DNA from: Candidatus Binataceae bacterium | GTDB lineage: Bacteria; Desulfobacterota; Binatia; Binatales; Binataceae | Reading direction: 5' to 3' | Length of the DNA stretch: 64,000 bases | Assembly: GCA_963789715.1 (NCBI GenBank) | Contig: CAWBLQ010000003.1 | Coordinates: 523,916-587,915 of the forward strand | Part shown: one piece after another, positions 10,170 through 18,654 of the stretch | Layout of the letters: each line of letters starts with the position of its first letter | Numbering within the stretch: the first letter of the stretch is position 1 | Translations under genes and position numbers: made by a program | Notes under the pieces: generated by a model | Told to the model about the DNA's origin: nothing | Database searches by the model: none | The model's input: the letters and a program-made list of their open reading frames with translations, nothing else

Positions 10170-11498
10170 GTGGAGTCCATGGAAGCTCCAACCAAGTACG
10201 CCAAGAGTGGCGATGTTCACATCGCTTACCGCATCTTCGGCGACGGCCCGCGCGACATCTTGCTGGTGCCGGGCACGCTTTCGCATGTCGAACTCTACTG
10301 GGAACTGCCGGCCAACGAGTACATCCTGAAGCGACTCACCTCTTTCGCTCGCGTAATCGTCTTCGACAAGCGCGGCCAGGGGCTCTCCGACCGCGTTGCC
10401 GAGCAGAGCCTCGAAGAGCGAATCGGCGATGTGCGGGCGGTCTTGGATGCGGCCGGCTCGAAGAGCGTGGCCATCTTTGGGTGGTCGGAAGGCGGCCCGA
10501 TGTCTTTGATGTTCGCCGCCACCTACCCCGAGCGAACCTCGGCTCTAGCGCTGTTCGGCTGCTTTGCTTCGATGAAAGCCGAACCCTGGGCCTTGAGCCA
10601 GGAGCGATTCGACCAATTCCTGGCCGTAGTGGACGCGCACTGGGGCGAGGGCGTCCTCGTCCCCATCAATGCGCCGAGCAGGCGTGGGGACAAAGCCTTC
10701 GTCCAGTGGTTTGGACGGCTGGAGCGCGCCGCATCGAGTCCGGGGGGTATCCTCGCACTGTTTCGAGCTGACTACGAAAATGATGCCCGCCACCTCCTGT
10801 CTTCGATCCAGGTGCCGACCCTGATTCTCCATCGCAAAGATGATTCGACGATCCCCGCCGCATGCGGGCACGACATGACTCAGAAGATTCCTGGGGCGAA
10901 GTATGTCGAGCTCCCCGGTGAGGATCATCTGCTCCAGGCCCTGGAACCAGATTTGCTGGATCGTCTTTTCGACGAGGTCGAGGAGTTCATCACCGGCACA
11001 CGCCATCGCCCGGAACCGGACCGGGTGCTCGCCACCGTGATGTTCACCGACATAGTGCGCTCGACCGAGCGCGCTGCCGAGATGGGCGACTCGAGATGGC
11101 GCGCGCTGCTTACTGACTACTATGCGGCGGTACGAAAAGAGCTGAGCGTTTTCCGCGGCCGCGAGGTAAACACCGCCGGCGACGGCCTGCTCGCCACCTT
11201 CGACGGGCCGAATCGGGCAATACGATGCGCCTGCGCGATGCGCGAAAGACTGCGTCCATTGGGATTGCAGGTTCGCAGCGGGCTCCACACCGGCGAGTGC
11301 GAGTTAATCGGCGATGATGTCGGCGGTATCGCCGTGCACATTGCGGCGCGCGTCGCGTCAACTGCCGAACCCGATGAAGTGCTGGTCTCCAGCACCGTGC
11401 GAGACATCGTCGCCGGCTCGGGCCTGCGCTTCGCCGACCGCGGCATGCATGGCCTCAAGGGCGTGCCCGGCCAGTGGCGTCTGTTCCTCGTTCAGTAA
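10170..11498 (+). CDS. Alpha/beta hydrolase fused to a class III adenylate/guanylate cyclase domain (LipJ-like architecture)
   Basis: N-terminus has GWSEGG (GxSxG) plus HRKDD. C-terminus has VLATVMFTDIVRSTE...NTAGDGLLATFDG...GLHTGECE, a cyclase homology domain. Confidence 0.8.
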   Translation: MESMEAPTKYAKSGDVHIAYRIFGDGPRDILLVPGTLSHVELYWELPANEYILKRLTSFARVIVFDKRGQGLSDRVAEQSLEERIGDVRAVLDAAGSKSVAIFGWSEGGPMSLMFAATYPERTSALALFGCFASMKAEPWALSQERFDQFLAVVDAHWGEGVLVPINAPSRRGDKAFVQWFGRLERAASSPGGILALFRADYENDARHLLSSIQVPTLILHRKDDSTIPAACGHDMTQKIPGAKYVELPGEDHLLQALEPDLLDRLFDEVEEFITGTRHRPEPDRVLATVMFTDIVRSTERAAEMGDSRWRALLTDYYAAVRKELSVFRGREVNTAGDGLLATFDGPNRAIRCACAMRERLRPLGLQVRSGLHTGECELIGDDVGGIAVHIAARVASTAEPDEVLVSSTVRDIVAGSGLRFADRGMHGLKGVPGQWRLFLVQ

Positions 11499-12510
11499 GC
11501 ACTTCCGCCCGCAGTTGCGGGAACACTTTCGAGACCTTGTTCAGCAGGTAGTCGCCGTAGGTCCCGCTGACCGCGGCCAGGTCCGCGCCATCCCATCGAC
11601 GCGCGCCTCTGCGCCGACCGGCGGCCGACGGGTCTGGCGTGAGCGCTGTGATTGGCGACAGCACTGCGTCGAAGCTTGGGTCAAGAAAGAGCGGCATCGA
11701 GATGCGCTCCTGAGTCGAGAAGTTTCGCACGCGATGCAATGCCGACACGTACCGCCCTGCGGTCAACCGCTCGAGCATGTCGCCGACATTGCAGACGAAA
11801 GAGTCGTGCACCGGCGGCGCCGCCACCCATCGGTCCCGGTGCCAAACCTCGAGGCCTCCGATTTTGTCCTGGCGCAGGAGGGTCAGCAGTCCGTAGTCGG
11901 TGTGCTCACCCACGCCCAGCGCTGTTTCGCTTTCATCGGCGCCTGCCGTCGCGGGCGGATAGTTGAAGATGCGGAAGAGCACGGTCGGGTCGCGTGTGTA
12001 GCGATCGAGAAAGTAGTCCGGCCCAAGCCCGAGACCGGCGGCAATTCCGCCCAGCACCAGCTGGCCTACTGCCGTGACTTCATCCATGTACGTCAGCAGC
12101 GCGTCGCGGAATCCGGGCAGCGCGGGATAGAGGTTCATGCCACGCAGCGGCACGCCGGTCCGAACCCGCGCATCGTCCGGCCCCAACTCGGTACCGAAGT
12201 AAATCCCTTCCTTGCGATCGGGCCGGCCCGAGGTCAACTCGCCCTCCACTGGGAAGTAGCCGCGCCACGCCCGCCCGCCGTGCGCCATTGCGATCGCGAG
12301 CTTCTCTTCCAGCGGGAGGGCGAAGAACTCGACCGCGAGCGTCATCAGCCGCGCCGGCAGCGCCGGGTCGATTCCATGACCCGTCACATAGAAGAACCCG
12401 AACTCGCAGCACGCGCGGTCGAGAGCCGCGCCCACGCGGGGCATGTCGCCAGAGCCGCCGCGAAGCGACGCGATGTCCACGACCGGGAGGCTTTCGTTCG
12501 AGCTAGTCAC
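11455..12510 (-). CDS. 2-oxoglutarate/Fe(II)-dependent oxygenase (isopenicillin-N-synthase-like)
   Basis: LPVVDIASL..., HTDYGLLTLL (HxD), HRV (distal His) and the typical DIOX_N plus 2OG-FeII_Oxy layout. Confidence 0.8.
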   Translation of the reverse strand: MTSSNESLPVVDIASLRGGSGDMPRVGAALDRACCEFGFFYVTGHGIDPALPARLMTLAVEFFALPLEEKLAIAMAHGGRAWRGYFPVEGELTSGRPDRKEGIYFGTELGPDDARVRTGVPLRGMNLYPALPGFRDALLTYMDEVTAVGQLVLGGIAAGLGLGPDYFLDRYTRDPTVLFRIFNYPPATAGADESETALGVGEHTDYGLLTLLRQDKIGGLEVWHRDRWVAAPPVHDSFVCNVGDMLERLTAGRYVSALHRVRNFSTQERISMPLFLDPSFDAVLSPITALTPDPSAAGRRRGARRWDGADLAAVSGTYGDYLLNKVSKVFPQLRAEVLTERGTDATGRARP

Positions 12511-13132
12511 AGGACTCGACGCGTTTTGGCTGGCGGCGGAAAGTCCAGAAGCGGACGCCGCTGGCGCCGGCCTCTTCGCCGTTCACGATCATCTCGAAGC
12601 CCTGTTTCAGATAGAACGCGACGTTGCGCTGGTTCTCGGTCTCGAGGTAGCACGCGACCTGCTCGACGCGGGCGCGCTCGAGCACCGGACGCATCATCGC
12701 GCCGCCGAGGCCGCGACGCTGACTGCTCGGCTCGACGCCCAGCAGAAACAGATACCAGCAGGCGCCGGTCATGTCGCGCTCGCGCGCCTGCCACTCGCGC
12801 CCGACGACTTCGCGATAGCGCTGGTACGCGTCGTCGCCGATGAGGCTCGACATCTGATGCATCCCCGACGCTTCGATATTCTCGCGCGTCCATTTCGCGT
12901 TCGGCGGGAGCCACAGCGCGACGCCGTCTAGCGCGCCCGCCGTCACATAGACTTCGCCCGCGAGAGTGCCGAAGCGGACCATCCGCGCGTACACCTCGGG
13001 CAGCAGCCGCGCGCGCTCGGCCGGGTCGGGAATGGCGTAGAGCATCAGCGGATCGTCGTGAAACGCGCGCGCGAGCGTGGCCGCCGCCGCGGGTATCTGC
13101 GCGTCGTTGAGCCTTACAAGATTCGCACTCAC
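12503..13132 (-). CDS. GNAT family N-acetyltransferase
   Basis: RRGLGGAMMRPVLERA...AFYLKQGFE acetyl-CoA-binding motif. GTG start at 13132. Confidence 0.75.
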   Translation of the reverse strand: MSANLVRLNDAQIPAAAATLARAFHDDPLMLYAIPDPAERARLLPEVYARMVRFGTLAGEVYVTAGALDGVALWLPPNAKWTRENIEASGMHQMSSLIGDDAYQRYREVVGREWQARERDMTGACWYLFLLGVEPSSQRRGLGGAMMRPVLERARVEQVACYLETENQRNVAFYLKQGFEMIVNGEEAGASGVRFWTFRRQPKRVESCD

Positions 13133-13147
13133 GCGTGCATCCTCGTC
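13121..13147. promoter_or_regulatory. Copy 1 of the duplicated motif ..ttcgcactCACGCGTGcatcctcg.. (8-bp perfect palindrome), overlapping the GNAT start
   Basis: About 25 nt identical to 13774-13800, read directly from the sequence. Confidence 0.35.
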
Positions 13148-13167
13148 CGCTCACTCACCGGCGCTGT

Positions 13168-13692
13168 TCACTCCCGATTGCCGCGCTGACGGATGTAGCC
13201 GCCCACGTGGCTCATATAGTCGCGCTTGCCGATCTCGACGCCGCTGTGGCGTAGGATGTCGTATGCAGTGACGACGTGGAAGTAGAAATGAGGCATTGCC
13301 CAATCCCTCAGAAACTGAACGCCGTTCATCTCGAACTCCATGTCGTTGGCGGGGATCGGAATCGTGATGACGCGATCGTCCGCGCCCTCGAACGCGGTCG
13401 CGCGCACCTTCTGCAGATAGTCGATCGTCCGCGCGATTCGAGCCTTCAGCTCGTCGAGGGTCTGCTCGTTGTTCTCGAAGCGTGGCGCTTCCTGGCCGAT
13501 CAGGCGCGCGGTTGAGTCCTTGGCGTGATCGCATGCCAGCTGCACCTGCTGCGCGAGCGTGTACATGTCGGGCGCCAGCCGTGCCTTCACCAGAGCGGCG
13601 GAATCGAGCGACTTGGCCTTCGCGTGCTCGGCGCCTTTGTCGAGAATATTGGACAGCGAGCGCAGCATGGGCGCGAACGTTTCGATCGCCAT
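13168..13692 (-). CDS. DUF1993 family protein
   Basis: MAIETFAPMLRSLSNILDKG...LRDWAMPHFYFHVVTAYDILRHSG is characteristic of DUF1993. Start taken at MAIETF; the track ORF extends to the GTG at 13800. Confidence 0.6.
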   Translation of the reverse strand: MAIETFAPMLRSLSNILDKGAEHAKAKSLDSAALVKARLAPDMYTLAQQVQLACDHAKDSTARLIGQEAPRFENNEQTLDELKARIARTIDYLQKVRATAFEGADDRVITIPIPANDMEFEMNGVQFLRDWAMPHFYFHVVTAYDILRHSGVEIGKRDYMSHVGGYIRQRGNRE

Positions 13693-13773
13693 GGCGTAAA
13701 GCGAAATCTTCACGATGACTTTCTCCTGTTGTTTACAGAGACGGGTATTTGCCGGTCGGTGAGCAAGGCAATT

Positions 13774-13800
13774 TTCGCACTCACGCGTGCATCCTCGCAC
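13774..13800. promoter_or_regulatory. Copy 2 of the CACGCGTG-containing motif, in the divergent DUF1993/ArsR intergenic region
   Basis: Same 23-25 nt as at 13121-13147. It sits about 85 nt upstream of the DUF1993 start and about 95 nt upstream of the ArsR start. Confidence 0.35.
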
Positions 13801-13892
13801 ACCGCGCGCGCGGGAGCCACCGCTCGCGCGGCCCTCGGCGCTTGACCGGCGTCATTGATAACCGTATAGTTCTAGAACTGACAGGTTATGCA

Positions 13893-14264
13893 ATGAAAGC
13901 GTCCGATCGCCTCGATGCAACCTTCGCCGCCCTCGCCGATCCCACCCGGCGCGCGATCCTCGCGCGCCTCACCAATGGCCAGCTGTCGGTGAGCGGGCTG
14001 TGCAAGCCGTTCGCGATGAGTCAGCCGGCTGTCTCCAAGCACCTGCGCGTGCTGGAGCGGGCCGGCTTGATTTCGCGCGGCCGCGACGCGCAGCGGCGGC
14101 CGCGCCGGCTGGTGGGCCAGCCGCTGGCCGAGGCCACCGGCTGGCTCGAGGGTTACCGTCGGTTCTGGGAGGGCGGCTTCCGGCGCCTCGACGCCCTGCT
14201 CGATGAAATGAAGACTCAGCACAAAAAAGGCGGTGCGCCACGCGCCAGGAGAAAACCCCGATGA
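13893..14264 (+). CDS. ArsR/SmtB family transcriptional regulator
   Basis: LADPTRRAILARLTNGQLSVSGLCKPFAMSQPAVSKHLRVLERAGLI is the winged-HTH signature. Confidence 0.8.
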   Translation: MKASDRLDATFAALADPTRRAILARLTNGQLSVSGLCKPFAMSQPAVSKHLRVLERAGLISRGRDAQRRPRRLVGQPLAEATGWLEGYRRFWEGGFRRLDALLDEMKTQHKKGGAPRARRKPR

Positions 14265-14749
14265 AGAACACGCTGCGGCTGTCAACCCCCACCGACCGGG
14301 AGGTCGTGATCGCGCGCGTCTTCGACGCGCCGCGCCGGCTTGTCTGGGATGCCATGTGCATGCCCGAGTTGCTCAAGCGCTGGCTGCCAGGACCGCCCGG
14401 CTGGTCGATGGTGCTCTGTGAGCAGGATTGGCGCGTGGGCGGCGCGTTTCGCTACGCGTGGCGCGGCCCCGACGGAACTGAAATGGCGATGCACGGAGTC
14501 TATCGCGAGGTCGTCCCGCCCGAGCGGGTAGTCCGCGTGGAGTCGTTCGTGTTCGGAGGCCAGGCCCGAGGCGAGCAATTGGCGACAATGGTCCTCGCCG
14601 AGCAGGGCGGCCGGACGACGCTCACGCTTACCGTGCTGTTCCCGTCAAAGGAGGCCCGCGACGCGAGCCTTGCCGCCGGCATGGAGCATGGCTTGGCCGA
14701 GGGCTACGACCGGCTTGACCAGGTATTCGCGTCGTCAGCGCGGGCTTGA
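14261..14749 (+). CDS. SRPBCC / AHSA1 (activator of Hsp90 ATPase-like) domain protein
   Basis: REVVIARVFDAPRRLVWDAMCMPELLKRW is the typical N-terminus. Overlaps the arsR stop by 4 nt (operon). Confidence 0.8.
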   Translation: MKNTLRLSTPTDREVVIARVFDAPRRLVWDAMCMPELLKRWLPGPPGWSMVLCEQDWRVGGAFRYAWRGPDGTEMAMHGVYREVVPPERVVRVESFVFGGQARGEQLATMVLAEQGGRTTLTLTVLFPSKEARDASLAAGMEHGLAEGYDRLDQVFASSARA

Positions 14750-14819
14750 GAGATTCATAGACGATGAAACTATACGACGGCTCAACAGCGAAAGCGTCCT
14801 TTTCCAGGGGGAGCGGCTG

Positions 14820-15830
14820 TCAGCGGAGGTCGAGATGAACGGTGGTTGGCTGGCCGCCGCGACTGACTATGAGATCGATTGCGGAGGCGGTTTTCATCGC
14901 TTGCATCAGGCCCATCGCCTGCATCGGATTGGTCACGGGCTGTCCGTCGATCGAGGTCAGCAAGTCGCCGTTCTGCAGGCCGATTTGGTCGAAGACGGAG
15001 CCCGGCACGACCTGGGAGATCGAGAAGCCGTCGGTCTTGCCGTCGACGAAATGGGGCATGGCGCGCATCTGCGAGAAAAACTGGCTCGGATTTTCCATCG
15101 TCTGCTGAACTTCGGCGCGGCTCACCGCGAACTTTCCGGGGCCAAGTTTCTCGAGCTCGAGCTTGCTGTTGTTGTTGTCGTCGCTGCTGCCGTTGTCGTT
15201 GTTGTCGCCGTTGCTGTTGTCGGTGTCATCGCTGGCCGCCGGCACAGGGCGACCATGACGACCACGATCACGAAGCAGGCGCAGTTGTCTCTCGCGTAGA
15301 ATGGCAGGGCTAAGGCCTCTGAACCTGCCCAAAGCCAGAGACGGTGCCGCCGCCGCTTCGGGCATGTCGGAAGACGGAATCTCTATCGCGACGCGATGGC
15401 CGCCGCGGTCGATGATCGCTCGGTTGGTTTCGACGCTTACCAGCCGGCCCGCATCCGGGATGTTTTCTCCCACCTGGTACAGCGATTCGTTGCCGGATGG
15501 ATCTTCGATTATCGCGTATGGCTTCGACCTGCTCAGCAGAGAAGTGCCGATCAGCTTGATGTTCAGATTCTCTTCCACCACCGGCGCGGGCGCAGTCACC
15601 TGCGGGGCCTCGTTAAAGATGTCACGCTTGACGATCGCGTTGTAGAAGGCGCGCGACCGTAACCCACTGCTGGCCTTGCGCAAGGCCGGCGACTCGGCCG
15701 GAGCGTCGGGTTCATTTGAAACGGATCGGGTAATGATGTCGCGCACGCACATCGCCGAAACGATCGCCAGGGCCGCAACCAGCACGAAGTTTAAAATCGT
15801 GACGTGAATCTGTGAGAACCTGAGCTGCAT
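14820..15830 (-). CDS. GspC-like protein: N-terminal TM, HR/PilP-like domain, poly-Asn/Asp linker, C-terminal PDZ
   Basis: RDIFNE...LNIKLIGT...YAIIED..GNESLYQVGENIPDAGRLVSVETNRAIIDRGGHRVAIE is the GspC HR domain pattern. The C-terminal ..GLQNGDLLTSIDGQPV.. region is a PDZ domain. Confidence 0.5.
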   Translation of the reverse strand: MQLRFSQIHVTILNFVLVAALAIVSAMCVRDIITRSVSNEPDAPAESPALRKASSGLRSRAFYNAIVKRDIFNEAPQVTAPAPVVEENLNIKLIGTSLLSRSKPYAIIEDPSGNESLYQVGENIPDAGRLVSVETNRAIIDRGGHRVAIEIPSSDMPEAAAAPSLALGRFRGLSPAILRERQLRLLRDRGRHGRPVPAASDDTDNSNGDNNDNGSSDDNNNSKLELEKLGPGKFAVSRAEVQQTMENPSQFFSQMRAMPHFVDGKTDGFSISQVVPGSVFDQIGLQNGDLLTSIDGQPVTNPMQAMGLMQAMKTASAIDLIVSRGGQPTTVHLDLR

Positions 15831-17195
15831 TTACAGGATCGATTCAGCCTCGTAAGCGCATCCTCTGACTAGACGGCCAACGTCGTAGTTCCATTCACCC
15901 TTCCAGCGGCTGATCGCGAGGCTCGCCTGGCTGTGCCCGCCGCGGACTAGGTCCATCAGCCGCAACAGGTAGATGCTCTCATCCTGACCGAGATTGTTCA
16001 ACGCCCGCTGGCGCTCGAGTCCCTTGGCCGCTATCCGCATCAATTCGTAGCCCAGCTCCTGCAGCTTGATTTTTCCCGCGCGCGCGTCGAGCCCGTTTTT
16101 GTGCGCGGCGTCGGCGATCTTAAGCCGCTCGCGATAGCTCCAGCCCTTGACCAGGTCCCACGCCGCCGCGATGCAATCGTCGGTGTAAAGGATGCCCTTC
16201 AGCAGCGCGGGCAACGCGAGCATCAAGTGCGGCGGCTGGCTGTCTGCCGTGCGCACCTCGACGTATCGCTTGAGCCGGACCTCGGTAAAAATCGTGGTCA
16301 GGTGATTGGTCCAGTCGTCAACCGTGGCGCGCTCGCGGCCGTAACCGCGCGCGAGATACTGGCGAAACGTCAGACCCGGCGGCTGGGTCAGATCGATATA
16401 CTCGTGGTTGCGAATCAGGAAGTACATCGGCACGTCGAGCGCGAACTCGGCGTAATCCTCGAACGAACAATCGTCGCGAAACACGAACTCCGGAACGCCG
16501 CTGCGCTGGTTGTCGGTGTCGGTCCAGATGTGTCCGCGGAAGCTGTTATAGCCGTTGAGGCCGCCGTCGCTCAGCGGCGAGTTGGCGAAGATCGCGTACA
16601 ACAGAGGCACGATACCCATGCTGACCCGCAGCTTGCGAATCGCGTCCGCCTCGTCGCTGTAGTCCAGGTTGGCCTGCACGCCCGCGGTCTGCTTCATCAT
16701 GCGCTGGCCGAGCGTACCCATCCGCGCCATGTACGGGTACATGATCCGATAGCGTGCCTTCGGCAGCAGCTCGATCTGCTCGATGCGGCTGACGGGCTGC
16801 ATCCCGAGGCCCAGCACCGTCGCGCCGATCTGGCTGGTGACGTCGATCAGTTGTTGTACGTGGGTGCCGAACTCCGCATGAGCGCAGTGGATCGTCTCGC
16901 ACTGCTCGCCGGACAACTCGATCTGGCCGCCGGGCTCGAGCGTGATCGCGGCGCGCTCGCCTTTGAGCGCGAGGACGTGGCCGTGCTCGTCTTCGGGCTC
17001 GAAGCCGTAGTTGGCCGCCATCCGGCGCAGCAGATCCTCGACGCCGCCGGCGCCGGAGTAGGGGATAGCAGTCGCATCGGCGGATCGGACGACGACCTTC
17101 TCGTACTCGGTGCCGATACGCCAATCCGCGCGCGGCTTGCCACCCTCCTCGAAGTAGCGAATCAGGTCGTCTTTCTTTTCAAGCAACTCACTCAT
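15831..17195 (-). CDS. gshA: Glutamate--cysteine ligase, plant/GCS2 type (GshA/EgtA family)
   Basis: RIGTEYEKVVV matches the GTEHEKFGF motif, and length and layout fit plant-type gamma-glutamylcysteine synthetase. Confidence 0.75.
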   Translation of the reverse strand: MSELLEKKDDLIRYFEEGGKPRADWRIGTEYEKVVVRSADATAIPYSGAGGVEDLLRRMAANYGFEPEDEHGHVLALKGERAAITLEPGGQIELSGEQCETIHCAHAEFGTHVQQLIDVTSQIGATVLGLGMQPVSRIEQIELLPKARYRIMYPYMARMGTLGQRMMKQTAGVQANLDYSDEADAIRKLRVSMGIVPLLYAIFANSPLSDGGLNGYNSFRGHIWTDTDNQRSGVPEFVFRDDCSFEDYAEFALDVPMYFLIRNHEYIDLTQPPGLTFRQYLARGYGRERATVDDWTNHLTTIFTEVRLKRYVEVRTADSQPPHLMLALPALLKGILYTDDCIAAAWDLVKGWSYRERLKIADAAHKNGLDARAGKIKLQELGYELMRIAAKGLERQRALNNLGQDESIYLLRLMDLVRGGHSQASLAISRWKGEWNYDVGRLVRGCAYEAESIL

Positions 17196-17573
17196 GAATC
17201 AAATCCAAAGGCGACTCCCCGAAAAACCCCTACGCGCAAGCGGCCATATAATGGCCCCGCCAAATCCACGAGGCAAGCACGACCAGGACAGGCCAAAGTC
17301 CCCGCCACCCGAGGTCCTTGCGTAATTCTGTTTCCTCGCCCTGTTAGGGCGAGGATGAAGGTGAGGGTCCTTGTGCAGCCCGCTATTCTGCGCGCGATTC
17401 AGGATTCCGCCTCCGCTCCAAACGCCGCGCGCAGAGCCTGCCCAGAGCTATACGCAATCCGGTCCCCCTTCCACCGTAGTTGCCCCGCACCCAAAATCCC
17501 GTGCAGCGCACATTCGATCACGCTAAGATGCTACGTTTCACCAATTGAGAAACACTCAACCAGGAGCAATCCA

Positions 17574-18134
17574 ATGCCTTCGAACTCGCTGACGCTGCGT
17601 GCCATGGCCTACAACAATGCCTGGGCGAATCATCGCCTTCTATCGGCCTGTGCCGCGTTGTCGCAAGCGGAATTCGAAGCACCTCGAACGAGTTTTTTTC
17701 CGTCGATCCAGGCAACTCTCAATCACATTCTCGTCATTGATCGCTTCTGCGTTGATGCGCTCGAAGGTGGGGAACTGGGACCCGCGGCGTGGGCCAACCC
17801 GGTGCCGTGCCCAACGGTGGCGGAATTGCGCCCTGCGCAGACGGCTGTTGACCGGCGGCTGATTGCATGGTGCATCTCGATGGGCGAGAACGGAGCGAAT
17901 CAGACGATCCGCGTAAAGCGTGAGACGCGCGTGCAGACCGAGCGCGCCGACAGACTGCTGCTGCATCTGTTCCAGCACCAGATTCATCATCGTGGCCAGG
18001 CCCACGCGATGCTTTCCGGCACCACGATTCCACCGCCGCAGCTCGACGAGTTCTTCCCTCTCGCCGAGGCTCCGCTCCGCGCAACCGAGTTAAAAGAGCT
18101 AGGCTGGACCGAAGCCGAGATTTGGAGGGATTGA
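17574..18134 (+). CDS. DinB/YfiT-like metal-dependent hydrolase or thiol-transferase family protein
   Basis: AYNNAWANHRLL...LNHILVIDRF...LFQHQIHHRGQ is the DinB_2 four-helix His-triad pattern. Start set by in-frame residue counting back from the stop. Confidence 0.75.
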   Translation: MPSNSLTLRAMAYNNAWANHRLLSACAALSQAEFEAPRTSFFPSIQATLNHILVIDRFCVDALEGGELGPAAWANPVPCPTVAELRPAQTAVDRRLIAWCISMGENGANQTIRVKRETRVQTERADRLLLHLFQHQIHHRGQAHAMLSGTTIPPPQLDEFFPLAEAPLRATELKELGWTEAEIWRD

Positions 18135-18654
18135 CCCGGCGACATAGAGGCGAGCACGAGCTTAGCCAAACCCGCCTCTTGTCGCTCGCAAAAAATCTTT
18201 TCGCTGCGCTCAAGATGAGGCAAAAGCGCGAGCGCCTTCAGGTGTCGTTCTGAGCGAAAGCTGCTGTAGCGAAGAACCTCGACGGACGCTCCGGCGTTCG
18301 GCGTCAATTACGCAAACCTCTCCCTGATATTGATAGAATGGACGACTTCCTGCCTGACAACCGTTGTCATCACGCTCTGCAATAATACAAAGCATGACTT
18401 CCTCAACCGCTCCCTCCGGCCCACTCAGAATACGATCAAACCAATCCAACCCATCTAAGCTCATCTCTGCCGCCAACTTCCCCCATGCGATCTTTCGATC
18501 GCATCGCTCTGCCAGCGCGCTCCCTCAATCGCACGACCCCACCGGACGGAAGAGATCGAGGAAAAAGTGAAAACTCACCGATCGGCCATTTTCTCGATTT
18601 TAGAACAATGTTACTTTGCCTTCGCGCTTCTTCATCGAGCATAAGTTAATCGCG

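Noticed and set aside
16101-18134. 677-aa plus-strand ORF spanning the antisense of gshA and the intergenic region
   Set aside because: Only its last 186 codons (the DinB-family gene from 17574) look like real protein. The upstream part is the antisense of a well-supported glutamate-cysteine ligase.
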